Numbered from the whole stretch's first letter, positions 12,260 to 23,609 are shown. The stretch: DNA of 60,221 nt, filler included, from Stramenopiles sp. TOSAG23-3 (GCA_900128585.1; 12 parts of 12 records of this genome joined end to end with filler, not necessarily neighbours in it), one strand, 5' to 3'. Notes: generated from the letters alone by a model not told the origin. Numbers and translations are program-made.

Positions 12260-14716
12260 ATGAGTTTTCAACATTGTGTGGCGTTGGTGATTACCATCAG
12301 AGACTACCTACATTTGAAGCCGTTGCCGTTGCAGGTCAGCCGAGATGGTCATGATGTCGTTGCGGCGTTGAAGAATAAGGATATAGGACAATATGAACCG
12401 GAAAATATCGTTCATGTTACGGATCCAACCCGCAAAGAGTTTCTCGCGGTTATGAAAAAGAGGGTTAAGAAACTAATCAAACGAGGGAAAAGTATTTTCA
12501 CCGTCTACCTTGCGGCGCATTGCGGAAAGATGGGGATGATGCGAAGGGATTTCATATGCTGCATAGATGCAAATGGTGCGCGAGCAAATTCTGCTATTTC
12601 AGGCTCGGTCAAGCTCGGCTGGTTTGTGAAAAAGTTGGTTTCCTTTGGTGCAAAAAAGACCGTGGTATTCTTCGACGGCTGGCACCAAGGGCGGTTGCAG
12701 GGCGTTACAAGGCTGCACGTTCGCAGGGCGAAACGACAGGGGACGGAATCGTATTCTGAAATTGACAAAAATACCATAAATGCGTGCGCATATCCAGTTT
12801 CCCATAAACTCTTGAAACATGTCAAGTTGCGGCTCTCTTTACGGCAAAACCTTCGGTGCTATGGAAAAAAAGCTAAAGGGGGCTTGCCATCGGTTCCAAG
12901 AAGGCAAGTATGCTGCATGACATCATGCAGAACGCCGCAGACAGCCCACTACGGAAAACCAAATGATCGAAATTCCCATTTTGGAAGACACGTGGTTGCC
13001 TGCCTCTGTGGAAGAAGTGGCGTCCAGACGAGAAGTGTATTGCCAGAATATCTCACAGCAGGTGCGCATCTAGAAACTGCCGAAGACTCGATAAAAGAGG
13101 GAAACACAACTACGGGCAAGTTGTGCTGGGAAGATCGAGGGGTGCACACCAAAGACATATACAACCATGTGGCTACCAAGCTGGATGCACTTAGCAAAAT
13201 TTTGGAGACAGAAAAAGAAGAACGCGAAGATGTGGAACTAGGAGCTTTGGTTAACGACGAGGCTGAAAAGAAAAAAGATTTTGAAGAGAAGTACAATAAA
13301 GCAAAGGAGAAGGTCAAAGAAAACGAACAACAACAAAAATTCCAAATCAAAGAAGTCGCGCGCATTGGAGATCAACGAAAAGAGGCGAACGCAAAAGCCC
13401 ATGAGCTCTCGGTGCGGGCAGGAGAAATGGCCAAATTGGCAAGAACTCCAGAAGAGTACAATGCTGCCGCCGAGGCTGACAAAGAAGCGAACAAGGTAAC
13501 GGAACAGATGCACATTTTTAGCAGGCAGGAAGATGAAGCGAAGACTGCGTTGAATGTTCTCCGAATAAAATCGAAAGAAGACGAGCGAGTGGCGGAACAT
13601 GTGAGCGATGACTTGCAGGACTTTCTAAAATCCCTGGAAAAGACGCAAAAGACGAGGGCGAAAGATCTTAGAAAAAGAGAGAAAAAACGAAGGTTTATGC
13701 TCAATAAACCTTGGGCACAGACGATAGATTATCAGTTGTACCCCAACACTGCGGAAGGCTTCATTCTGTCACGATGGCCCAAGCCCCCAACGACCCCTCG
13801 GAATGCCTGCATAGTGGAGGAATTCCCCAGATCGCTTTCGTTCACTTGGGATACTTCTGATTTCTCCGGGGCGATTGTAGACAAATATCAAACTTTAATT
13901 CGGGGTAATCAACGAGCTAATTCAGAGTGGAAAGAAGTCCGAAACTGTGATTGGTTACCAAACACGTACCAAGTGCTGTTTCATTCACGCACCGAAAGGC
14001 ATGTCAAAACCACTGCTTGCAACCTGGCAACGGAGACAAATTTCCAGTTTAAAACCAGGGCACACAACCCTGGCGGTTGGAGTGAATTTTCAAATATTTC
14101 CGGTTGGGGGAGGACCAAATCGATGACCTTTTGCGGCCAACCTGCCACCGGAATTTCGTTGCTTTCAATTCCAGAAACTCTGGAAAAAACGGCAAAAAAT
14201 GAAGGGGTTCCGGGGATGATTAAAATTCTGGAAAACAACCTTTACAATATCGGCAAGCTTGAGGGTCCACTTCGTCATTTAATAAGTGTGTTCGAGAGTG
14301 GTGAAAGTTCGGCCCTAAGATATGAGGGCGAAGAAAGCATAGCTCAACGTATCATAAAGTCAACTCTGGCCATCTTGAAAAACCATAAAAAATCTGCACT
14401 GCTGAACCGGTTGTCGTTCAGACTTCTGGGCCGTCTCTGTGCTATCGATAACTTGATAAGGCGCCGCATAGTGCATCTTGGGGGCTCGGAACTTGCAGGC
14501 GCTGCTGAGATGAATTTCGGGGGGCATTGGAAGGCTAACGTGGACACCGCAACGATGGCGTTTTGGGCCAGAAATCAGATGAAGAGTCATATGTCGGATT
14601 TAGAGGCGTCAGTAATCGTCCAGAAATACATCCGAAAACTGAAAGCAAAGAAGAAAGTAAAAGCAATGCGGAAAGCCCAAGAACTTGAAGAACTGCTCGC
14701 GAAGGCGGCGTCCTAA
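12260..14716 (+). CDS. Caspase-fold (peptidase C14-like, probably inactive) / coiled-coil / FN3 / ARM-like / IQ protein
   Basis: Caspase-like motifs ALVITIRDY, YLAAHC and VVFFDGWHQG; FN3 motifs (PPTTP..LSFTW..YQ..FQFKTRAHNPGGWSEFS); IQ-like motif IVQKYIRKLKAKK. Confidence 0.8.
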   Translation: MSFQHCVALVITIRDYLHLKPLPLQVSRDGHDVVAALKNKDIGQYEPENIVHVTDPTRKEFLAVMKKRVKKLIKRGKSIFTVYLAAHCGKMGMMRRDFICCIDANGARANSAISGSVKLGWFVKKLVSFGAKKTVVFFDGWHQGRLQGVTRLHVRRAKRQGTESYSEIDKNTINACAYPVSHKLLKHVKLRLSLRQNLRCYGKKAKGGLPSVPRRQVCCMTSCRTPQTAHYGKPNDRNSHFGRHVVACLCGRSGVQTRSVLPEYLTAGAHLETAEDSIKEGNTTTGKLCWEDRGVHTKDIYNHVATKLDALSKILETEKEEREDVELGALVNDEAEKKKDFEEKYNKAKEKVKENEQQQKFQIKEVARIGDQRKEANAKAHELSVRAGEMAKLARTPEEYNAAAEADKEANKVTEQMHIFSRQEDEAKTALNVLRIKSKEDERVAEHVSDDLQDFLKSLEKTQKTRAKDLRKREKKRRFMLNKPWAQTIDYQLYPNTAEGFILSRWPKPPTTPRNACIVEEFPRSLSFTWDTSDFSGAIVDKYQTLIRGNQRANSEWKEVRNCDWLPNTYQVLFHSRTERHVKTTACNLATETNFQFKTRAHNPGGWSEFSNISGWGRTKSMTFCGQPATGISLLSIPETLEKTAKNEGVPGMIKILENNLYNIGKLEGPLRHLISVFESGESSALRYEGEESIAQRIIKSTLAILKNHKKSALLNRLSFRLLGRLCAIDNLIRRRIVHLGGSELAGAAEMNFGGHWKANVDTATMAFWARNQMKSHMSDLEASVIVQKYIRKLKAKKKVKAMRKAQELEELLAKAAS

Positions 14717-14807
14717 ACGGTGCGAGTGCCTTTTAAGATAAATAACACTGCGCATTAACGCATCGATTAAGGTATCAAAAATCTTTATACTCGCTGCCCT
14801 GCGGGCG

Positions 14808-15021
14808 TTATACTCCAAAACCTTTCAAAAGTTTCCTGTATTCATCTTCATCAAACTGGCCGTTGCCGTTCGTATCCCCATAGTCCAGAAGTACTCTGGT
14901 TTCCCACAAAGTCTGTGGCGACCCCATTGCCCTCAAAAACGATCGTAGCTCTAAAGGCGAAATTTTCCCGTCCCCATTCGCATCAATAATTTGAAAAACA
15001 TTTTTTGCCTCATCTTTTCCT
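14808..15021 (-). CDS. C-terminal EF-hand pair of a calmodulin-like protein (5'-truncated; absent from the ORF track)
   Basis: Hand translation GKDEAKNVFQIIDANGDGKISPLELRSFLRAMG...DYGDTNGNGQFDEDEYRKLLKGFGV* shows two canonical EF loops. Confidence 0.85.
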
Positions 15022-15121
15022 NNNNNNNNNNNNNNNNNNNNNNNNNNNNNNNNNNNNNNNNNNNNTTAATTAATTAANNNNNNNNNNNNNNNNNNNNNNN
15101 NNNNNNNNNNNNNNNNNNNNN

Positions 15122-15810
15122 TTTTGGACAAACAAATATCCAAAATACTTGCTATTTACTTGTAGATCACCAATTTTTCCAACAAAAAATATCCAAAATA
15201 ATAGACTATTCATTGCATTAAGCCAAAAAAAGAAAAAGAAACCTTTGTCTTCCACGAGTGAGTGCTTCAAAATAGTTGGTGCGCTATTTAATGCTATTTA
15301 CTTATTGTAGATCCCCAAGTTTCCAACAAAAAATATCCAAAAATTGGACAAACAAATATCCAAAATACTTGCTATTTACTTGTAGATCACCAATTTTTCC
15401 AACAAAAAAATATCCAAAATATCCAAAATAGACTATTCATTGCATAAGGCCAAAGAAAAAGAAACCTTTGTCTTCCACGAGTGCTCCAAGTTGGTGCGCT
15501 ATTTAATGCTATTAAGTTGTAGATCCCAAGTTTTCCAACAAAAAATAATTTTTTGCACAAACAAAAAATAAACAAATATTCATTGCATGAAGCCAAAAAA
15601 AAAAAAGAAACCTTTGTCTTCCACGAGTGCTCCAAAATAGTTGGTGCGCTATTTAATGCTATTTAGTTGTAGATCCCAAGTTTTCCAACAAAAATTTTGG
15701 ACAAACAAATATCCAAAATACTTGCTATTTACTTGTAGATCACCAATTTTTCCAACAAAAAATATCCAAAATATTAGAAAGCATTGAATGATAGATAGCG
15801 CACCAACTAT
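15122..15810. repeat. Composite tandem repeat array (A-B-A-B-B-A) ending in an inverted sub-repeat
   Basis: Unit A (~75 bp, TTGGACAAACAAATATCC...GTAGATCACC) at ~15124, 15344 and 15697. Unit B (~120-135 bp, with CCTTTGTCTTCCACGAGTG and AGTTGGTGCGCTAT) at ~15201, 15428 and 15575. The reverse complement ATAGCGCACCAACTAT is at 15795-15810. Confidence 0.85.
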
Positions 15811-16371
15811 GGGAAATATCCCCAAGTCTAATTTCGCGAGCCACAAAGATTTTTTCCAAAAATTGGCTTCCACGATATTTAAACAGATGACAAAATGTCG
15901 TCTATTATTTGGAATGTGTTGTTGTTGTGTAGCCATATGTTTAATCCTAGTTGCATTCCGTCGTCGCTATTAATTTTTTTATTGGAAACATGACATAGTT
16001 TTTTGTTTGTTCTCTAGACCATATGGGCATATCATTGGGCAGGCTTCCCCAATTACATAAAATTAGCTTTAATATTATATTTTATTATTGGTGATGCGAC
16101 AACTCACACAACAGAAAAGCGCTTGAACTATCAGAAAGAGTAGCAAATTACTCAGGTTCTACACTATCATAGTTTTTACCGAGCATGTGGACTACTGCAT
16201 TATTTTACCCCTTTCCTTCTTCTCCATAATCACAGATATAACTTTTCTGTAGACATAGACAACTATTTTTATGTTCTAACGAACTATATCTTTTTGCCAC
16301 TGCAACTTCTTTAGATAATCGCATATTTGTGGCCTGCGGTTACCAACCTACAGTTCAGGGATACTATTTCG

Positions 16372-18909
16372 ATGGGTGGGAAGCCTGACACTTTCGTGGT
16401 GAAAACCATATTTGCGGTGGTAATGTTTTTATTCGGGACTTGCTCAATAACAGGAGATTTATTTGGTATAGTGTACGAACTTGTCTTATCGTATCTAGAT
16501 AGATACTTTATGATGTTTACCCTCTTGGCTATAATTTTCTTGTACGGTGTTGCAACGATGGACTCCATGGAGACAAGAGATAAATGCACGAAGCTCGTGT
16601 TGGAACTACTAGGCACGAGAGGCGACCCTGTCCTCAGAGTGCTCGGGGACTATGTTGGACCTGCGTGCTGGACTTTCTTGAGAAACCTAATCTGTTTTGC
16701 TACAGTCATTATGGCAATAAATTTGCCCGTCCCGGGTGAATTTTCTTTCTTACAAATTATCTTCTGCTGTCTTGAGGCAGTCAGTAATGTAATTGTTGCA
16801 GTTGAGCAGTGTCAAGCACATACAACTAAGGCTATCGGTGGGGAATGGTTACTTGCAATTGGAATCGTGTACGATAAACTGCTGTCTGTTCAAGTGTACA
16901 TTATCCCATTGCTTCTCAAGCCTGTGTCCTTAAGTATTATTCATATTTATATGATTGGTGGCATGGCTTACTGTGCATGCAACTATCCCTCAATGGAAGT
17001 AACTGAAATTGCTTCCGAGAGGCATGCTGTGTACCTCGGAATACGCCAAATGTTTATATGCACATTTATTGATTGTATAGCTCGCCGAACGCAAATATCA
17101 CAAAACTATGCTGATATCATGTATTTACGATTGTTTTCATTTATTACAATTTTATTATTCATATACCGTGGTCACGCGGTATATGTTGCCAATGCAGGTT
17201 TGTACAAATCAGTATATCGCAAAAAAATACCCTGCCGAGTGTTGACTAAGGAAGGTGCTAAACTGAAAGTCAAGTTTTTAGACCAAGAAAAGTGGATTGA
17301 GCAAGAACAAAACGAGTATAATACAGGTGATATGGTTATAGTGGAAAACATGTTTACACCTCTTATATATGGCAAACTTTTGTTTTCTGAGCTCCTGAAG
17401 ACTTTTGGATCTGTCCACAACATTTCCAAGGCAAAAATTGAACTGAAAACCCCGAACCTTCATATTGTCAAGGTTGTCCGTGGATTGTTTAAAGTTAAGT
17501 CGTGTGATATACCAGGGTGCACGTCCATTGCTTCCCGACACTACAGTAGAAATGGACAGAAAATTTATCGTTGTTCTGAATCTGATCACAAACTATCTGG
17601 TTGTAGTTCGCTCCCATATTATTTAGTGCATTGTGCATGTGGACTTCCTGCATCGAAGTTTTGTGGTGAAAAACACTCATGCGACAAATGTACCCCAGGC
17701 ATGAATGGGGGGTTTGAATACCTGGATAAAAGCTACCCTGGGTATTTATATGATGACTTGAAAAGTGTTTGGCGATATTTTAGAAGTACAAGCAGAAGTG
17801 TGATGGGTTCTCTTGTTGGTTCAGTAGTACCACTTTGTGAAGACCGTTTGGGGACGCTTGTTGCAAATATGTGCGATGATTTATCAGGAACAGATGTTGT
17901 TTTTCATGTTCGTCCTGATAAAAATAATTTCAGCCTACAGCAATTAGTCATGGTCATGAAAGGGTATCAAAATGATGGTGGCTCAAACCAGAGTTTTGAA
18001 GTTATCATTGACAGTAAGACAAATATTTCAAATCTGAAAGGGGCTCGAATTGAGATTTCTGCACTGCCGGATTCGGATTATCCTGTTTTGTGCATAAAGA
18101 TTAGCCAAAAATTTGCCAAAATGTTCATAAGTACTATACAAGGCTGGCTTGACGTTATTTCAGATATGGTTTACGATGTTGTAGAAAGTATTGGTATACA
18201 TTTTCCTGATGGCGAAGAGGATATTCCAGATATCCCCTTGAATAATCTAGGCAATGACTTGACGCCCAATTTCACTTTTGTTCCTTGTATCAGGAATAAT
18301 GGTAAAACAAGGATATTTGATTTGTTTTCAAAGAATAAATCAGTAAACCTTACTCCGACCAGTAGAGTCATCGAGCCTAATTACCAGCCTGATTTTGAAA
18401 TGCTTGATAGGAGTTTATCAAAACTTGATGAAATGGTGTCTGTCAGAGAGTCTGGGATTAATACAGTTGACCATGTGAGAAAATTAAAAATGGCATTGAC
18501 TGCAATTACAAATGCACAGTTGAGTATTTCGCGAAAAAAGGGAAACATAAGAAAGCGATTCCGTGCATATTACAGCTTTTGGGATAAGATCCGGACGAGG
18601 TTGCCTAAAATTATTGAAGGAATTCAGGAAAGAGGACGCACGACGAATACGAAGGACCATTACCGAGATCTTACTCGTGCTTGTTTAGATCGAATATCTT
18701 CTACATTTATTTCCTCGCTTCTGTATGACGTACACGTGCTATTAGAACATGCTGGCACTGTTGACACTACCAACGAAACTTACCATAAGTTTATGACTTT
18801 ATTATTGCCTTTGATGGGAGTATATGTTTCCAAACTTTTGATGGAAAGCAAAATGAATGCAGTAAGAGAAAATTCCAACGTCATCCGCTACAACAGGCCT
18901 CAACTTTGA
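16372..18909 (+). CDS. Hypothetical protein: hydrophobic N-terminal third, central Cys/His cluster (5' end uncertain)
   Basis: ~845-aa open frame from the first ATG. Contains CDIPGCTSIA...RCSESDH and HCACGLPASKFCGEKHSCDKCTPGM. Confidence 0.75.
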   Translation: MGGKPDTFVVKTIFAVVMFLFGTCSITGDLFGIVYELVLSYLDRYFMMFTLLAIIFLYGVATMDSMETRDKCTKLVLELLGTRGDPVLRVLGDYVGPACWTFLRNLICFATVIMAINLPVPGEFSFLQIIFCCLEAVSNVIVAVEQCQAHTTKAIGGEWLLAIGIVYDKLLSVQVYIIPLLLKPVSLSIIHIYMIGGMAYCACNYPSMEVTEIASERHAVYLGIRQMFICTFIDCIARRTQISQNYADIMYLRLFSFITILLFIYRGHAVYVANAGLYKSVYRKKIPCRVLTKEGAKLKVKFLDQEKWIEQEQNEYNTGDMVIVENMFTPLIYGKLLFSELLKTFGSVHNISKAKIELKTPNLHIVKVVRGLFKVKSCDIPGCTSIASRHYSRNGQKIYRCSESDHKLSGCSSLPYYLVHCACGLPASKFCGEKHSCDKCTPGMNGGFEYLDKSYPGYLYDDLKSVWRYFRSTSRSVMGSLVGSVVPLCEDRLGTLVANMCDDLSGTDVVFHVRPDKNNFSLQQLVMVMKGYQNDGGSNQSFEVIIDSKTNISNLKGARIEISALPDSDYPVLCIKISQKFAKMFISTIQGWLDVISDMVYDVVESIGIHFPDGEEDIPDIPLNNLGNDLTPNFTFVPCIRNNGKTRIFDLFSKNKSVNLTPTSRVIEPNYQPDFEMLDRSLSKLDEMVSVRESGINTVDHVRKLKMALTAITNAQLSISRKKGNIRKRFRAYYSFWDKIRTRLPKIIEGIQERGRTTNTKDHYRDLTRACLDRISSTFISSLLYDVHVLLEHAGTVDTTNETYHKFMTLLLPLMGVYVSKLLMESKMNAVRENSNVIRYNRPQL

Positions 18910-19465
18910 TGCACTAGGGTTTGCCTTTATATAGTACAAGTACAACATTTTAAGTTTTTGCGATATTAAATATGTGTTGTACTTACGAAATCATACGCGC
19001 CTCAAAATTTCCAGAATCGTCCGAATTGAAATAGTTGGATTTTAACATATGTACAGCATTAATGGTATTACAATATATAAAATGGCCTTAAAACAGTGCT
19101 AGGATAATGTACTTATATGTATTCTTATATATTATCCTATCACGAAACAAAATGGGGGGCCGTTCATTTGGCCCAGAGTAGACGGCGGACGGAACTTTAT
19201 AATAAAAAAAAAACACCAAAACACAAACAACAACAAGAATCAGGAAGTAGAAATTGTTGCACCTTTCTTCCGACGCAAAATAGCTGCTAATAAAATAAGC
19301 TGGTGACGCTTTCTGAAAATTTGTCCCAAGTGCAACAAGAAGAATGCACAAAGTACTAGAAGAATCTACATCGTCCGAATTACCATTTCCCCCTCAAGTA
19401 TACCAGGAAAATTTCTTTCTGTAAGCAACAAGAACAAATTTTCACTACTAGATTTACAGAATAAA

Positions 19466-20052
19466 ATGTCGAGTTTAGGAGTGGCTACTTTCGTATTTGA
19501 TACGAGGCGTTTTGGTGGCAGGGAAGTTTACCCTTTTCTAAAGGCAACAATGGTGGTATCGGGTTCACTTATTTTCCTTTTGGTGGTTGTTGTAGTTGTA
19601 TTATACAAGAAGTACCGGCAAATGTTACATCATTTGACAATCACCGAGAAACATCATGACCAACTAGCAGAGGAGGAGAATTCACTAGAGGTATTTTCTC
19701 CCGTGCCCTCGTTCGCACAGGAGAGCGATACAAACTTCCTAAAAGAAATCGTCAAGATGTTAGATGGGGATTTTGTGGAAGGGGAGGAATCGGTAAAAGG
19801 AAGGATAAAAGATTGTTTACAGAAGGTAACAAAACCTGTTATTCCGGGGCTAGACATCGCGAGTTTGTTCGCTGAAGTTTACAAAATCATAAACATCTTG
19901 AAAACGCTTCACCCACAAGCGTCAATACAGGCTTTTTCGAAATTAAAAGCACGTGAAGTAAGAAAAGAAAATCAAAAGATGGCACTATTAATAGGACTGC
20001 CAGGTTTTGGAAAAACTGACCTTATAAAAAACCTGCTGCTCCAACAGACACA
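19466..20052 (+). CDS. Membrane-anchored P-loop NTPase (3'-truncated)
   Basis: N-terminal TM segment; Walker A LLIGLPGFGKT just before the contig end. Confidence 0.7.
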
Positions 20053-20738
20053 NNNNNNNNNNNNNNNNNNNNNNNNNNNNNNNNNNNNNNNNNNNNTTAA
20101 TTAATTAANNNNNNNNNNNNNNNNNNNNNNNNNNNNNNNNNNNNNNNNNNNNATTATTACATAAAAAAGAAGGTTATACAAGAAGTTTACAACAAAAACA
20201 AATAAGTTTTGCTCCATCTTTATATTGTATAATAAATAAGTATAATTATAGTTAGGGTTACTATGTATTTTACTTACTACAGCAACAAATTAAGTTTTGC
20301 TCTATATTAGTACTTGTACATGATTATTACATACACTTAGCACTGTCAAAATTGTTGTACAGATAATTACATATGACTATACCACCACAATACCGTACAG
20401 ATAAAATTTCATCATCATCAACGGCGGCGGCGGCGGCCAATAATAAAAATAATAATAAAAAAAATAAAAAAAAATAATTATTAAATACTTACTACTATTA
20501 ATACTTCTTGATAATAATATAATAATAATAAATAATAAATAATTGGTAGCGCAGTGCCCCCCCCCCCATCCCTACCGGTGTCCATGTACCGCACACTTAT
20601 ATAGTAATAATAAAAGTAAAACAAATGCGATCAGATATCAACGGCAATCGTTCAACTTTAAGTGCCTTGATCGACGAGGTCGATTGTTTTTGCGATATAA
20701 TTGGTTCGGACAAGGTTTTAAGTATACTTCCAGCAAGC

Positions 20739-21812
20739 ATGGGAAAAAAGGGAAAGTCTTCAGCGAAAAAATCATCTGGCAAAGGTCCGTCAGTTTCGAG
20801 AAAGAAACAAGAAAGGGAAAATGCTCTGGTGAAAGAACGTGCGTTTCCAGTGAACTTGTACATGTGGGACTTGGGACAATGCGATTCAAAGCGTTGTACT
20901 GGAAGGAAATTATCGCGATCTGGGTATTTGCGAACGATGAGAATAGGACAGCCGTTTCGTGGTGTCGTCTTGTCGCCCCTGGCCACAAAAACAGTGTCCC
21001 CAGCAGACTTGGAAATTGTCCAGAAAAATGGAATATCTGTTATTGACTGTTCTTGGGCTCGCCTTGAAGAAATTCCTATAAAAAAGTTACGCGGGGGTCA
21101 GCACCGACTACTACCATTCATGGTTGCGGCAAATCCTGTAAATTATGGGAAGCCCATGAAGCTAACGTGCGTGGAAGCAATAGGCGCGTTACTGTATATT
21201 GTAGGATTAAAGGAAATAGCGACATCGCTGCTGGGTGTCTTCGACTGGGGTGCCGAGTTTTTAAAGATAAACTTTGATGTACTGGAGCGATATTCAAACT
21301 GTAGCACCGGGGAAGAGGTAATTAAAGCTCAAAACGAATGGTTAGTGGAAAACGGGGTTATTGTGGAGAACAACGAAGGAGAAAAGGACAAAAGTATCCA
21401 TCGGGCAGGCGGTCAAGTGGAGAGCGAAGCGGCGTCTAAACTCGAAGACGCGCCGGACCAGAAAGTGTCGGCCGACCCTTTGAGAACTGGGCAAACGACA
21501 GAAGACACCGAGAGCAACCCTCGCACGAAAGCGGATACCACCGACCCTTTATGTGAAAATTTATGGTCCCAATCCAAAATTTTCGATTCAGGCGAAACAA
21601 CCCCTGCAGCACTGTCGGAAGGCACTGCGGATGCTGCCGCGGCAATTGGTGGTAATGCCACTGTAGAGGAAGGCTCCCCTCCACCATTGGACCGAAAGTC
21701 TGTTAAAAAAATGAAACCGCCTGCCTTAAAGCAATACTTGAAGTCAAAAGGTTTGTCCACCCATGGGAATAAAAAAGATTTACAAACGCGTGCTTTGGCA
21801 ACTCTCGGATAG
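20739..21812 (+). CDS. TSR3: 18S rRNA aminocarboxypropyltransferase with C-terminal SAP-like domain
   Basis: MWDLGQCDSKRCTGRKL, VIDCSWARLEE, RLLPFMVAANPVNYGKPMKLTCVEA and FDWGAEFLKIN. Likely start is MGKKGK at 20739. Confidence 0.95.
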   Translation: MGKKGKSSAKKSSGKGPSVSRKKQERENALVKERAFPVNLYMWDLGQCDSKRCTGRKLSRSGYLRTMRIGQPFRGVVLSPLATKTVSPADLEIVQKNGISVIDCSWARLEEIPIKKLRGGQHRLLPFMVAANPVNYGKPMKLTCVEAIGALLYIVGLKEIATSLLGVFDWGAEFLKINFDVLERYSNCSTGEEVIKAQNEWLVENGVIVENNEGEKDKSIHRAGGQVESEAASKLEDAPDQKVSADPLRTGQTTEDTESNPRTKADTTDPLCENLWSQSKIFDSGETTPAALSEGTADAAAAIGGNATVEEGSPPPLDRKSVKKMKPPALKQYLKSKGLSTHGNKKDLQTRALATLG

Positions 21813-22169
21813 AGCGCTGGACGTAGAACAACTCGGTATTAAATAAATACTATATAGATATCATGTAGTATTTGTTTTTAAAAACAAACTGATGATATCA
21901 TATCATAAATATATGATCCTTTCTTGATTTTTTAATTTGATTTTTTAATTTCGTTTCGTCGTTGATGATTGTCAATCATCACAGAGAGGAATTATTTTTA
22001 ATTACTTAAATAACGGCCAATTTTTCGTTTTATATTTTTGCTAAAAACTTAATTTTACGATTTTCATAATTTTAGACGTTTCGTAACTCACGCATACGTC
22101 GCCTGTTTTCCCCGAGGGCAGAGACACTTGATTACTCTGTGGTGATAATGCCTACGCTCCTATAGATGA

Positions 22170-23222
22170 CTACTCATCGTCCCTCCAGGAAATTTCCACT
22201 TCATCTGTACGAAATCTCTGAGTACACCAAGTATCTTCTATTGGCGAAGTCAACCCTTTTTGAAAAGCAAGAATACCCGCCTGTGCAATCATCGCGCCGT
22301 TGTCAATGCAGTAGCGATAATCCATTCCAAAACTGTGGCCACCCCTCTCTTTCAACATAATACGCATCATTTCTTGGAGCCTTTTGTTACACCCCACCCC
22401 GCCTACGATCAACACTTCGTTCGAACCTACATGTGCAAGCGCGCGCTCCGTCGTTTCGACAAGCATGGCAAACACAGTTTCTTGCAAGGAGAAACACAAG
22501 TCCGCTTTCGTGCAGGTACCTGTTTTCAACTGTTCCTTGGCCTGTTTTTCAATATAAGTCAATATTCCCGAAAACGAGACGTCCATTCCTTTGATAACAT
22601 AGGGCAACGGGATCATTTTATCCCCTCCCTTTTTCGCCTCCTGCTCAATATTATACCCTGGGCTCGGATCATTGCTAAGCTCCAATATCCTTGCAAATCG
22701 ATCCAAGCAATTACCTACAGCCATGTCTATCGTTTCCCCAAAAATTCGGTAGCGCCGTTGCGAGAACGCAATAATCTGAGTGTTCCCCCCGCTTACATAA
22801 AGGACCACGGGGTTGGTGGCCCCGGTCAAGATGCGCCCCATTTCGATATGGCCAACACAATGGTTCACCTGGACCAATGGTACGTTCCAGCACAGGCTCA
22901 ACGTTCGAGCGCACACAGCGCATGACCGAAGTGGCGACCCCATGCCTGGGCCTTTAGTAAAACAAATGCAGTCGATATCACCAGGCCCCACCCCGGCCTC
23001 CTTAAGTGCGGCGACGACCAAAGGGACAATGTGCGCTTGGTGGTGAAAAGCAGTCTCCCTGGGCAAAAACCCTTGGCCAGGAGGTGTTATATATGTCTTC
23101 CGGGGATTACTCAAAATGGTATACTCCTTCGTTATAGAATCATACCGCAACACACCGACACCAAGCTTGTTCGCACTTCCCTCAATTCCAAGCGCAGTGG
23201 TATACCTACTATTTTTTGCCAT
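22170..23222 (-). CDS. KAE1: tRNA N6-threonylcarbamoyladenosine transferase, KEOPS subunit Kae1/OSGEP
   Basis: [57 protein letters not shown] and QRFRTDEV. Confidence 0.97.
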   Translation of the reverse strand: MAKNSRYTTALGIEGSANKLGVGVLRYDSITKEYTILSNPRKTYITPPGQGFLPRETAFHHQAHIVPLVVAALKEAGVGPGDIDCICFTKGPGMGSPLRSCAVCARTLSLCWNVPLVQVNHCVGHIEMGRILTGATNPVVLYVSGGNTQIIAFSQRRYRIFGETIDMAVGNCLDRFARILELSNDPSPGYNIEQEAKKGGDKMIPLPYVIKGMDVSFSGILTYIEKQAKEQLKTGTCTKADLCFSLQETVFAMLVETTERALAHVGSNEVLIVGGVGCNKRLQEMMRIMLKERGGHSFGMDYRYCIDNGAMIAQAGILAFQKGLTSPIEDTWCTQRFRTDEVEISWRDDE

Positions 23223-23609
23223 AACCTTGTTGGCGGGGGGAGGGGAGGGTACAATACTTTACTTATACACTATCGCCTCGATATGCACGACAATTTAAAG
23301 AAACCTATCCCACACACGATACATGCAACTAATCTATTCTTATTTTTAAAACCCATTATTGATGTGGAATTGATCATCAATTGTTTCTCTTCGCGTTCTN
23401 NNNNNNNNNNNNNNNNNNNNNNNNNNACATAGGGTATAAAACACAATAAAATAGTTAATAATGATAGTAATTAATATTTAATGCTGTATACTAATATAAA
23501 ATTACTCCTCCGTCTTACCACGTCGCACTTTCCATCGGTACGGTACGGTAGGTAGTACCACTCTCTCTTCTTCTTCCTCATCAGCAGAACTTATTATTTA
23601 TTTTTATTA

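Noticed and set aside
15122-15810. CRISPR-like array
   Set aside because: The sequence between cores is itself repeated, with no unique spacers and no cas genes; the context is eukaryotic.
15895-16326. In-frame upstream extension of the 16327 ORF through TGA/TAG codons, suggesting an alternative genetic code
   Set aside because: Other genes end normally at TAA, TAG and TGA. Some of these TAGs follow pyrimidine tracts like splice acceptors, and there is no homology support.
20739-23222. TSR3 next to KAE1 as an RNA-modification cluster
   Set aside because: A convergent pair of housekeeping genes in a compact genome; chance adjacency is sufficient.
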